Source: Staphylococcus succinus (GTDB lineage: Bacteria > Bacillota > Bacilli > Staphylococcales > Staphylococcaceae). Taken from it: 40,000 nt of DNA. Made by a program: the position numbers and the translations under genes. Each line of letters begins with the position of its first letter. Within the stretch, counting starts at the first letter, position 1. The DNA lies in assembly GCF_029024945.1 (NCBI RefSeq), contig NZ_CP118976.1, positions 2,191,624 to 2,231,623 of the forward strand. Reading direction: 5' to 3'. Below the pieces are notes generated by a model, which had not been told where the DNA came from, made no database searches, and was given only the letters and a program-made list of their open reading frames with translations. Positions 1-8,709 of this stretch are shown here, piece by piece.

Positions 1-284
1 GTGAAGGTCGCATATGATAATAAACCGACTACTATTGCATATATATGGGAAATCACGAGTCCATATTTACGTGCTCGGTTTGAAATAACCGTAATAAGGA
101 CCAATCCGAGTAGTACAAATGATAATGGTTTTCTCCACTCCATTGGTAAGTATTGTCCAAAGTAACAACCTATACCAAAAATAATCCAGTAATATACAAA
201 AAATAGCCAAACTTTACCATATGCATGTGACTTAGACTTACTTTTAGACTGTTGCTGATGTGTGTGTTGTGCTGATTCAGCCAA
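1..284 (-). CDS. N-terminal part of a BAX-inhibitor-1/YetJ (YccA)-family integral membrane protein; continues past the left window edge
   Basis: Absent from the ORF track because the window edge truncates it. Minus-strand TTG at 284-282 lies 8 nt downstream of an AAGGAG SD (complement of 293-298). The translation LAESAQHTHQQQSKSKSKSHAYGKVWLFFVYYWIIFGIGCYFGQYLPMEWRKPLSFVLLGLVLITVISNRARKYGLVISHIYAIVVGLLSYATF has a hydrophilic head followed by TM helices. This resembles B. subtilis YetJ as I recall it (..IGQFVP.., basic loop RRRK). Family call is from memory. Confidence 0.5.
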   Translation of the reverse strand, partial: MAESAQHTHQQQSKSKSKSHAYGKVWLFFVYYWIIFGIGCYFGQYLPMEWRKPLSFVLLGLVLITVISNRARKYGLVISHIYAIVVGLLSYATF

Positions 285-598
285 TTCTCCCACTCCTTAA
301 TTATCTATCATTACTTTTGTAACCAATATAACATTTCTGAATCAAAGTTAATATCATTCACTCATTCCATTACTTTAATATTTATATTTTCACTCATTTC
401 TTATATTGCAAACATCATTTTGAAGTCATCACTTTCAAAATTTAACTATAAGGTACAAAAATAGGTGCAAAAATAGTCCAAAGAAATATTACAGAATGTT
501 AAAGTGACAGGATTAATTATAGGTATATGATGCTTTTAAAACTGCATTGTGAAGGTATTCAACCAATATATTATGATTTGATTTTAAATGTTAATAAT

Positions 599-615
599 AT
601 TACAACTCTATAACA
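599..615 (-). promoter_or_regulatory. Candidate WalR (YycF) binding site upstream of the LysM-CHAP hydrolase gene
   Basis: The minus strand reads TGTTAT-AGAGT-TGTAAT, a full match to the published WalR consensus TGT(A/T)A(A/T/C)-N5-TGT(A/T)A(A/T/C). It sits about 125 nt upstream of the start codon and just upstream of a possible TAGTAT -10 at 642-647. The S. aureus orthologue (SA0620) is a reported WalKR regulon member. Confidence 0.45.
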
Positions 616-736
616 TCAAACACAAAGCAATGCTTTTTTGTTAGTATGAAACGTGAATTTAGATTAAAAATCTTAAAAATGTATTTAATTACTTAATCGG
701 GCGTTAAATATAATAGGAATCAGAGGAGGAGTTCTT

Positions 737-1546
737 TTGAAAAAGTTAGCATTTGCAGTCACAGCTGCTTCAGGTGCAGCGGCATTTATCGCTAATCATG
801 AAGCCGATGCTTCAACTCAGCACACGGTAAAATCTGGTGAGTCACTTTGGACTATCTCACAACAATACGGCGTATCCGTAGAAGAGATCAAACAAAATAA
901 CAATATCAATAATAATATTGTATTTCCGGGACAAGTTATTGAAATTGGTGGAAGTGCATCACAAGAAGGCTCAAGTTCAAATACTACTTCACAATCATCT
1001 GGTGGCACTACACACACGGTTAAGTCTGGAGAATCATTAAATATAATCGCTAATAATTATGGTGTTACTGTAGATGAACTTGTTTCAGCAAATAACTTAA
1101 ATGGTTATATTATACAACCTAACCAAACACTAACTATTCCTGGTACTACAGGAGCAGGTGGCTCTGGTGGTAACACTACACAAACAAGCAACACAAACAC
1201 TGCTTCAACAGCTAGTGATCAAAACTTATACGACTGGGGACAGTGTACATGGCACGTATTTAATCGTAGAGCTGAGACTGGCCAACCGATTAGTACATAT
1301 TGGTGGAACGCTGATCATTGGGCAAACAATGCTGCTGCTGATGGTTATACTGTTAATAATACGCCAAGCGCTGGATCAATCTTACAAACATATTCAGGCG
1401 CTGTAGGTCACGTTGCATATGTAGAACAAGTTAATCCTGATGGAAGTATTTTAATTTCAGAAATGAATTACAATACACCTCCAGGTACAGTGGATTATCG
1501 TACTATTCCTGCTTCAGAAGTTTCAAGCTATAATTATATACACTAG
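737..1546 (+). CDS. Secreted peptidoglycan hydrolase with a signal peptide, two LysM repeats and a C-terminal CHAP amidase/endopeptidase domain (SsaA-like; orthologue of S. aureus SA0620 by synteny)
   Basis: TTG start with a GAGGAGGA SD 7 nt upstream. Signal peptide [25 protein letters not shown]. Two [15 protein letters not shown] LysM repeats are separated by Ser/Thr/Gly linkers. CHAP catalytic motifs GQCTWHVF (Cys) and GHVAYVE (His) are present. Confidence 0.9.
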   Translation: MKKLAFAVTAASGAAAFIANHEADASTQHTVKSGESLWTISQQYGVSVEEIKQNNNINNNIVFPGQVIEIGGSASQEGSSSNTTSQSSGGTTHTVKSGESLNIIANNYGVTVDELVSANNLNGYIIQPNQTLTIPGTTGAGGSGGNTTQTSNTNTASTASDQNLYDWGQCTWHVFNRRAETGQPISTYWWNADHWANNAAADGYTVNNTPSAGSILQTYSGAVGHVAYVEQVNPDGSILISEMNYNTPPGTVDYRTIPASEVSSYNYIH

Positions 1547-1592
1547 TACAAATTAAATCGTTTATGGATTATCTCCATACCGACGTAGTTCA

Positions 1593-1648
1593 CCGATAAA
1601 TTTTCTAATGTGAGTTTAACTCACTTATGAAGATTTATCGGTTTTTTT
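1593..1648 (+). terminator. Rho-independent terminator of the LysM-CHAP gene
   Basis: CCGATAAAT...ATTTATCGG outer stem with an inner GTGAG-TTTAA-CTCAC hairpin, followed by T7. Confidence 0.7.
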
Positions 1649-1912
1649 AATTTACATACATTCAATAAAATTTAAATACTAATTCTATATATAGTAACGA
1701 TATTTTCATATATTTCTATTATCATAGTCATAATTTGACAATTTCAAATATGATTTTGTATGCATAACCTCTGTGTGACCGTAACAGCAATAATCAAGGC
1801 TTATATATACTTTCTGTTGAGGTTAATCCTTTCATTTTATATTCCCTCACAATAACGCTCTACACCTCACTTATAAAAATGGTTTTTATTGCTCATATTG
1901 TATGAAATATCA

Positions 1913-1948
1913 TAAAAAATAAGCAATAACCTAAAATGGTTATTGCTT
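1913..1948 (-). terminator. Terminator downstream of pitA (sequence is bidirectional)
   Basis: AAGCAATAACC / GGTTATTGCTT 11-bp stem flanked by an A-run on one side and a T-run on the other. Confidence 0.6.
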
Positions 1949-2023
1949 ATTTTTTAATGTAGCTATCATCTCATGTGAAAACTACTATATATTAATACCT
2001 ATTATTTTAATTGAAGTTTAAAA

Positions 2024-3031
2024 TTAAAGGAAAATATTCATAATATAAAATATAACTGCTGCTAATACTGCCGAAATAGGTAATGTAATTACCCAAGTTA
2101 TAATCATTCGCTGTGCCGTGTTCCATTTCACACCTTTAATACGGTTAGATGAACCAACACCTAAGATAGATGAAGATACAACATGTGTCGTTGATAGCGG
2201 AAAATGTAATGATGATGCTACAAAAATTGTTAATGCAGATGATAAATCTGCTGCAGCTCCATTAGCTGGACGAATTTTCATGATGTTTCCACCAACAGTT
2301 TTAATGATTTTCCAACCACCAACTGCAGTACCTAAGCCCATTGCAGTCGCACAAGCAACTTTAACCCATAGTTGTGGTTCTACACTTGAACCTGTTTGCA
2401 CACCAGCAACGATTAAAGCTAGCGTAATGATTCCCATTGATTTTTGAGCATCGTTGGTACCATGTGAAAATGATTGTAATGATGCTGTGAAAATTTGGAA
2501 AAATCTAAAATTACGATTCGCTTTCGTCAAATTAGCATTTTTAAATACGACTTTTACAATAGAGTAAATAATGAACCCTACACCAAAAGCAATGATTGGT
2601 GATACAAGTAATACGATAATGATTTTTGCAAATCCTTGATAATGTAGTACAGCAAATGAACCTTGTGACGCTATAGCCGCTCCTGCGATTGAACCAATCA
2701 ACGCATGAGAAGATGAACTTGGTATACCATAAAACCAAGTAAGTAAATTCCATAAAATTGCTGAAATAATTGCAGCTAATACTACAACTAGCCCATTTTC
2801 TAATTTAAATGGGTCTACAATATCTTTTGTAATTGTACCTGCAACCCCAGTAAAAGTTAATGCACCAATAAAGTTCATAACTGCTGCTAATAGAATAGCA
2901 GTTCTAGGAGTTAAAGCACGCGTTGAAACAGCAGTAGCAACAGCATTGGCTGTATCATGGAAACCATTGATAAAGTCAAATACAAGTGAAAAAATTACGA
3001 TAGCTACTGTGATGATCAAAATATATTCCAT
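2024..3031 (-). CDS. pitA: Low-affinity inorganic phosphate transporter, PiT family
   Basis: The 335-aa polytopic protein carries the PiT signature GFHDTANAVATAVSTRAL near the N-terminus and a second copy, HGTNDAQKSMGII. AAGGAG SD precedes the ATG. It lies 13 nt downstream of the DUF47 partner gene. Confidence 0.9.
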   Translation of the reverse strand: MEYILIITVAIVIFSLVFDFINGFHDTANAVATAVSTRALTPRTAILLAAVMNFIGALTFTGVAGTITKDIVDPFKLENGLVVVLAAIISAILWNLLTWFYGIPSSSSHALIGSIAGAAIASQGSFAVLHYQGFAKIIIVLLVSPIIAFGVGFIIYSIVKVVFKNANLTKANRNFRFFQIFTASLQSFSHGTNDAQKSMGIITLALIVAGVQTGSSVEPQLWVKVACATAMGLGTAVGGWKIIKTVGGNIMKIRPANGAAADLSSALTIFVASSLHFPLSTTHVVSSSILGVGSSNRIKGVKWNTAQRMIITWVITLPISAVLAAVIFYIMNIFL

Positions 3032-3044
3032 AAGTTAGGACTCC

Positions 3045-3662
3045 TTAGCTATTTTTCATAATTATAGTTTCAAAGTTATTTGCTACAGCCTGACATTTAT
3101 CAGCGATTTCTTCCATACTTTCGTATATCTCTTTAATTTTAATAAGTGTGATTGGATCTGTCTCACTACTAAAAATATGTTTGATAGACTGACGTAAAAT
3201 ACCATCACAATTTGTTTCGAATTCTTTAATATTAATTGAATGGATGCGCATGTGTGATAATTTTTTATCAACAAGTAATCCAACAGCTAGCTTCATTTCT
3301 GCAATAGCTTTTTGAATGTTGTCGACAAATTCAGCCATATATTCATCTGTGTATTCAATAGAGTACATTTCAAACATTGCTGATGTTTCTTCCATTGCAT
3401 CTAAAACATCATCAATTGCGTTACATAAAGAGAGGATATCCTCACGTTCAATAGGTGTGATAAAAGTTTGATTTAAATCTGAAATGACTTGATGCATCAA
3501 TTCGTCACCATGTGATTCATACGTTTTAATGTTGTCTGAATATGCTTTAAGATCTAAGTGACTATTAAAATCCATTTTACCAAATTCAATTGCTGCTCGG
3601 TCTAAGTTAAAGACCATTTCCTCAAGTTGCACCATGAACTTATCTTTTTTCTTGTTAAACAT
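3045..3662 (-). CDS. DUF47/PhoU-like Pit accessory protein (YkaA-like)
   Basis: Helical acidic protein located directly upstream of pitA, the arrangement typical of Firmicutes. I moved the start to the ATG at 3662 (MFNKKKDKF...), which has a GGAGGA SD 8 nt upstream. The track start at 3707 has no SD. Confidence 0.85.
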   Translation of the reverse strand: MFNKKKDKFMVQLEEMVFNLDRAAIEFGKMDFNSHLDLKAYSDNIKTYESHGDELMHQVISDLNQTFITPIEREDILSLCNAIDDVLDAMEETSAMFEMYSIEYTDEYMAEFVDNIQKAIAEMKLAVGLLVDKKLSHMRIHSINIKEFETNCDGILRQSIKHIFSSETDPITLIKIKEIYESMEEIADKCQAVANNFETIIMKNS

Positions 3663-4160
3663 CCAAAAAATCCTCCATTTACAGCGACTGTTTCCAATCA
3701 CCTTCAATAAATTTAAAAAATTAAAATCCTTTCAGACAAACTAAGATTGGCAAGATTTACAATTCCCTCATCATTTTATTAATCAATATGTTTGTTTGTT
3801 ATATGTATATTAATGAGTTTTTGCTCGTATAGTTTTAAAAAATCTCACAAAATGTCGATTTGTCCTTAATTGAAAATAGCACAAAATTTACAATCCCACA
3901 ATTAAATTTACAAATTCTTAACATTACATTTCTGTAAACATATTGATTGTGTGTTATTACACTTAATAAATATATTGATTTGTAACTCCTAATTTATGTT
4001 CATTATTAAATTGTACGCATTTCCATTTCTATTACAAAACAATAACACACTACATATAATTGCATATTTATTATAATGATTCAACTAGTAATTTTGTTAC
4101 TGCTTATATTGTTGTCATTGCTTATTTTTCTACTATGATAAAGCCATAATGTTAACCCAC

Positions 4161-4194
4161 AAAAAAACTTTGGAATACAAAATGACTTCCAAAG
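4161..4194 (-). terminator. Strong rho-independent terminator immediately after the graS stop codon
   Basis: The minus strand reads CTTTGGAA-N11-TTCCAAAG followed by T7. The stem begins at the first base after the TAA. Confidence 0.75.
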
Positions 4195-5217
4195 TTATTG
4201 CGATAATCTTTCTATTATTTCGTTTTGATTAGGAAACATAAATTTAACTTCTGTTCCTTCTAGCTCGTGAGAACTAATATCTACCTGTATACCTAAACTA
4301 TTTTTAACATTATTTACAAGATACAAACCGATGCCCGAAGATGTAGTCTCATTTCGAAAGCCTGTAGAGGTAAAACCTTTATCATAAATTCTAGGTAAGT
4401 CTTTCTTACTTATCCCCCTACCTTCATCTTTAATAACTAATGTCACATGATTATGATCATTAAAGCTTTGAATATGAATTGTCCCTTCATTGCTATATTT
4501 GATAGCATTAGATAATATTTGCCTAATCATCATTCGAGACCATTTACTATCTGTATATACTTTATACTCATTTTCAAAATTAAGATCATAATCAATACCT
4601 TTAGCCTGACTAATATATCGTGTGATTTGTATCTCTTCTATAACCAATCTTTTTAAATCAACGTATTCAAAAAATACATCATTATTTCGTGACTCTAACT
4701 TTGTTAAATAAAGTTGTCTGTCTAACATATCGTTAATGCGTGACCATTCAAAAAGAAGAGCCCGTTTTCTTTCTATATCTTGTTCTTTTTCAATCATTAA
4801 TTTTAAAGCTGTCACTGGTGTTTTAATATCGTGTACAAAATCAGTGAGCGAAACCTCAGTTGAACGAATTTGTTTCTTTTGCTCAGTGACAACCATTTTT
4901 TGGTCTGTAATTTTTTGATATAAATAATCGACAATTTCCTTTTGAAATGGTGTATCAGCTAATGCTTTATGTTTAAGTGCTTCAGGCTCTATATTATTTT
5001 CCAAATGTAAATAAAACCTTATTTCTTTAATATAAGTAAAAATCAGAAAGACAACTGATAATCCAAGATTCAATACTATGATATATAAAATACTGTTCAC
5101 ACTTATATCAACATCTATATATGCAATACCTAAAACTATAAGATGTAATACAATCAGCCATAATATCCAATTTATACGTGACTGGATAAACTTAAAAATC
5201 CATTTAAAATGTATCAT
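4195..5217 (-). CDS. graS: Intramembrane-sensing histidine kinase of the GraS/ApsS type
   Basis: Two N-terminal TM helices are separated by an 8-residue loop (DVDISVNS), with no extracellular sensor domain. H-box [13 protein letters not shown] and G boxes NAIKYS, DEGRGI, GIGLYL. It overlaps graR by 14 nt and sits in a graX-graR-graS arrangement. Confidence 0.85.
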   Translation of the reverse strand: MIHFKWIFKFIQSRINWILWLIVLHLIVLGIAYIDVDISVNSILYIIVLNLGLSVVFLIFTYIKEIRFYLHLENNIEPEALKHKALADTPFQKEIVDYLYQKITDQKMVVTEQKKQIRSTEVSLTDFVHDIKTPVTALKLMIEKEQDIERKRALLFEWSRINDMLDRQLYLTKLESRNNDVFFEYVDLKRLVIEEIQITRYISQAKGIDYDLNFENEYKVYTDSKWSRMMIRQILSNAIKYSNEGTIHIQSFNDHNHVTLVIKDEGRGISKKDLPRIYDKGFTSTGFRNETTSSGIGLYLVNNVKNSLGIQVDISSHELEGTEVKFMFPNQNEIIERLSQ

Positions 5218-5884
5218 GCGCCATGTATCCTTTACCTATCTTCGTTTCAATGGCATCTTTCATATCAATATCTGCCAATTTTTTTCTCAAACGATTCACA
5301 TTTACTGTAAGTGTATTATCACTTACGAAGGCTTCATCATCCCATAACGCTGTAATTAATGTGTCTCTCGTTACAATTTCACCTTGTTTTTTTACTAACA
5401 TTTCTAAAATAATCATTTCAGTTTTAGATAAATAAATTACCTTATCCTCTTTAGTTATACTATCTTTAGACAAATCAAGTGTTGCCTCTAACCAAGATAA
5501 TACACGTTTTTCTTCTATACTAAATTGATAGACTCTTCTATAGACAGCTTGAAGTTTAGCTATAAGCACACTTGTATTAAAAGGCTTTTGTACATAGTCA
5601 TCTGCACCCAATTCCATGCTCATTACTTGATCCATAGGATTATCTCGAGATGATAAAAACAAAATCGGCGTATTGGAAATTTCTCTTATTTTTCGAGTCC
5701 AATAGAACCCATCGTATTTAGGTAATTTGACATCCATAATTACAATAGCAGGATTCACTTCTTTAAATTGCGTCAATACGTCATTAAAATCATCGATACC
5801 ATTAACTTGAAAATCCCATTGTTCAAGTTCTTCACTTAATTCCTTAAATAATGACATATCATCCTCTACTAATAAAATGTTCAC
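5204..5884 (-). CDS. graR: OmpR-family response regulator GraR/ApsR
   Basis: GTG start with an AGAGGTGG SD. Receiver domain ([15 protein letters not shown]) plus a winged-helix C-terminus. It is translationally coupled to graS. Confidence 0.85.
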   Translation of the reverse strand: MNILLVEDDMSLFKELSEELEQWDFQVNGIDDFNDVLTQFKEVNPAIVIMDVKLPKYDGFYWTRKIREISNTPILFLSSRDNPMDQVMSMELGADDYVQKPFNTSVLIAKLQAVYRRVYQFSIEEKRVLSWLEATLDLSKDSITKEDKVIYLSKTEMIILEMLVKKQGEIVTRDTLITALWDDEAFVSDNTLTVNVNRLRKKLADIDMKDAIETKIGKGYMAHDTF

Positions 5885-5898
5885 AATTCCACCTCTTT

Positions 5899-6816
5899 TT
5901 ATTTTGTGTATTTTATATCTTCACCTGACTGAATACGACCATTAAAATGTTTAATACGACAATCTATTTCAAAGCCTCTCATCATTAAACCTTGAAATGG
6001 CGATTGGATTAAATAATATATAGGCCATATTAATTTAGGTATATAGTCATATAAATGAACGATAACTGTTTGCGTACCTTGTAACTTTCGAAATTCTAGT
6101 TTACCTTGTTTCTTTAAATTTGGTTTAACTAAGGTACCACCCACTAGATGTAATGTAATTATATCTTCTTCTGTATACGCTTTGTGCAGCACAAGTAATG
6201 GCTTACTTTTATCTTTAATATATATCATATAATTATTATCGTCCCTGTAAGTATGTAACAATGTGCCATTTGTTTCATTTAACCAACTCATGTAATAGTC
6301 TACCATTTGGTTAAGTGACCAATTCATTGGTAATTGCATACTTAATGCACTACGTACATCATCATATTTTGAAACTTGAAGTTCTACAGCCACATGCGGA
6401 CGTGGTACTTTTGCTTCTGTTTTTTCTACTGGTACACCATATGCAGATAAGCGTTGTACCGTTTCATCATCAAATCGCCCACCACTAATGTAAATCATTT
6501 TACTCACACCTTGTTTAGCAGCAGCGCGCCCAAAGTTATCTGCAGCAATAAGATTCATATCTCTAGCAGTAGCTTGAGTAAGTTTGGCTGAATGTTTCGT
6601 AGGATCTAAATAGAAAATAGCTATATCCATTGTTTCCATTGATTCTAACACGTCATTATAATTAAAAATATCTTTCTTTAACCATGTTATATCTTTAAAA
6701 TCATCTTCTTTTGGGTATTTAGACATTGTAAATAGCTTTGCCTCTGAATTGATAAATTGAATAAGATGCTTGCCTATATACCCTGTTACACCTGCCAATA
6801 AAATATTAGGTTTCAT
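5899..6816 (-). CDS. graX: GraX/ApsX accessory protein (NAD(P)-binding epimerase-like fold)
   Basis: N-terminal Rossmann motif LLAGVTGYIGKHL. The C-terminal blocks QVSKYDDVRS, HLYDYIPKLIWPIYY and GFEIDCRIK match my recollection of S. aureus GraX. It lies immediately upstream of graR. Confidence 0.8.
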   Translation of the reverse strand: MKPNILLAGVTGYIGKHLIQFINSEAKLFTMSKYPKEDDFKDITWLKKDIFNYNDVLESMETMDIAIFYLDPTKHSAKLTQATARDMNLIAADNFGRAAAKQGVSKMIYISGGRFDDETVQRLSAYGVPVEKTEAKVPRPHVAVELQVSKYDDVRSALSMQLPMNWSLNQMVDYYMSWLNETNGTLLHTYRDDNNYMIYIKDKSKPLLVLHKAYTEEDIITLHLVGGTLVKPNLKKQGKLEFRKLQGTQTVIVHLYDYIPKLIWPIYYLIQSPFQGLMMRGFEIDCRIKHFNGRIQSGEDIKYTK

Positions 6817-6936
6817 AGTCTTACCTCCTGATATTAGTTTACCTCAATTTTATTATTGTCTAGTAAAATCATGCTAATGATGTTAAGTTATACTATAATT
6901 GCGCATTAGCAAATTAGAAATGAGGAGTGGACACTT

Positions 6937-7443
6937 ATGGTTCATCAAATTCGAGAAATTAGTATCAATGATATAGATGCTTTCATAAAATTATTAACTA
7001 CAATTTATGATGAATCTGACTATTTGATATATAATCCTGGTGAATATGCACCATCTACTACAGATGCCATATCTCATTTGGAACATTTCATAACATCGCC
7101 TTCCAACGCCATTTACGTAGCTGAAAATAATAACGAGCTTGTTGGTTTCGCGACTGTTACTACAGAAAATTTAGAACGTGCACGTCACGAAGCCAACTTT
7201 TCAATGGGCGTAATTAAGCACTACAGAGAAAAAGGATTAGGGCAAGCATTAATTAATTCTATAGAAGCATGGTGTTTAAACCATGAAATCCGTCGCATCG
7301 AAGTCTCAGTAGTACCGGAAAATGCAACTGCCGTCGACTTATTCAAATCCGCAGGATATCAACTAGAAGGCGAGTTAAGAGATAAACTTTATATTGATGG
7401 TCGCTATTACAACAAATATGTTTTATCTAAATTATTATTATAA
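6937..7443 (+). CDS. GNAT-family N-acetyltransferase
   Basis: 168 aa with an acetyl-CoA binding motif (REKGLGQALI) and typical GNAT length. GAGGAG SD. Confidence 0.85.
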   Translation: MVHQIREISINDIDAFIKLLTTIYDESDYLIYNPGEYAPSTTDAISHLEHFITSPSNAIYVAENNNELVGFATVTTENLERARHEANFSMGVIKHYREKGLGQALINSIEAWCLNHEIRRIEVSVVPENATAVDLFKSAGYQLEGELRDKLYIDGRYYNKYVLSKLLL

Positions 7444-7503
7444 TCTACCTCTTAGATCATGAAGTAAACGTTTCTTTATTATTATTCTAATAATAAAAGC
7501 AAT

Positions 7504-7537
7504 AAAAGCCAAATAACAATATTGTTATTTGGCTTTT
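7504..7537. terminator. Bidirectional terminator between the convergent GNAT and esterase genes
   Basis: Perfect 34-bp palindrome AAAAGCCAAATAACAAT/ATTGTTATTTGGCTTTT with A/T runs on both sides. Confidence 0.75.
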
Positions 7538-7555
7538 ATTGTTAAGTTTTTATTT

Positions 7556-8587
7556 TTAATACGGATTTAATTCGATGCCATTTGGATTTGATTCCCCAGA
7601 TTTTAATTCTGTTTCTACACCTGAAGCACTTGTATTCCTACTTAAGAACCTCAATGTATCTTTCATATTTTGTTGTGATTCTGGTTTATTCATATGAAAT
7701 TGGTACTGATGCCTCAATTGGTGCGAACCATCATAAAATAATTTATCAGTAGGTACATCTTTAGATTTTAACTTCTTATAAAATGCTATATTTTGACTAT
7801 AAAATGGATCAGCATCGCCCACCGATAAAAATGTAGGAGGGTAATCTTTTGTAACTTGGTTTATTGTAGACATTTCACTTATATATTTAAATTGTTGTTC
7901 CCAGTCTCGCTTACCTGTATAACTTTCCATGAAAAGCTGTATTCTAGGAAATTCTGTAGCTTTCACTGTTTTCATATCATAAAAACCACCATAAAAAATA
8001 GCCGCTTTAATTTGATTTGGTTTAAACTGTTGTTTAAATTTCATATCATCTCGTAAAGATTTGTTAGTTTGGATTGCTGTATACTGGCTAGACAATTGTG
8101 CTCCGGCCGAATCCCCACCAAACACAACCTGATTAAAATCAATAGGTAATTCATGTTGATTCTTTTTAATAAACTGTACTGCTCGATCAATCTGATTTAA
8201 TTGAGTTGGGTATTTATTGTCAGGCGCAAGGGCATAGTTTACATTTACCACTATATATCCTTGTTCAGCAATTTTGGAGAGTAATGGGTTTTTATATTGT
8301 TTATCGCCAGCGATGTAGCCCCCACCATGCATCCAAAAGATAACAGGTAATTTGTTATCTCTTTCTAATTCAGTCGGTGTTAATATATCTAATCTACTAT
8401 TTGGTAACCCGCTACTATAAGTAATATTTGTAAATGCGTTTACATTTTTATTGTTGATTTGTACCTTTTCTCTTACTTCTTGTGCATGTTGTCGATCAAA
8501 TTGTTGCTTCAACAACACTGCAGTAACAACTGCAACAATTACAAATATAAAAAGCGTAATAATGGTCCATTTGTGTTTTTTCTTCAT
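7556..8587 (-). CDS. Membrane-anchored alpha/beta-hydrolase, family IV (HSL-type) esterase/lipase
   Basis: N-terminal TM anchor (WTIITLFIFVIVAVVTAVLL). Oxyanion-hole motif HGGGY and nucleophile elbow GDSAGA. Confidence 0.85.
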   Translation of the reverse strand: MKKKHKWTIITLFIFVIVAVVTAVLLKQQFDRQHAQEVREKVQINNKNVNAFTNITYSSGLPNSRLDILTPTELERDNKLPVIFWMHGGGYIAGDKQYKNPLLSKIAEQGYIVVNVNYALAPDNKYPTQLNQIDRAVQFIKKNQHELPIDFNQVVFGGDSAGAQLSSQYTAIQTNKSLRDDMKFKQQFKPNQIKAAIFYGGFYDMKTVKATEFPRIQLFMESYTGKRDWEQQFKYISEMSTINQVTKDYPPTFLSVGDADPFYSQNIAFYKKLKSKDVPTDKLFYDGSHQLRHQYQFHMNKPESQQNMKDTLRFLSRNTSASGVETELKSGESNPNGIELNPY

Positions 8588-8709
8588 GCCTTACCTTTCC
8601 TTTCGGATGCATTGTAACATAATTTATAATGACACTGTAGTAAATGTAAATACTATCGTTATATAAACAAAACCCCAGCCTACTTTTTAAGTGGCTGAGA
8701 TTTATTTAA

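Noticed and set aside
527-613. 28-codon plus-strand ORF upstream of the LysM-CHAP gene.
   Set aside because: The SD is weak and badly spaced. The ORF overlaps the candidate WalR box and promoter region, so it is probably noncoding.
1794-1835. 13-codon minus-strand ORF (MKGLTSTESIYKP) with a GAGGGA SD and a possible TTGCTT/TACAAT promoter, between the LysM-CHAP and pitA terminators.
   Set aside because: It is too short to evaluate without conservation data. There is no downstream terminator on that strand, and a transcript would run antisense into the hydrolase gene.
2118-2447. 109-aa plus-strand ORF inside pitA.
   Set aside because: It is antisense to a gene with clear PiT motifs. The sequence is low-complexity, has no SD and is typical of shadow ORFs.
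3663-3707. N-terminal extensions in the ORF track for the DUF47 gene, and likewise mntC (31662-31736), mntR (30038-30052) and the antiporter (34980-34997).
   Set aside because: The upstream starts lack SD sequences. Internal starts have good SDs and give the canonical N-termini, such as the lipobox signal peptide for MntC.
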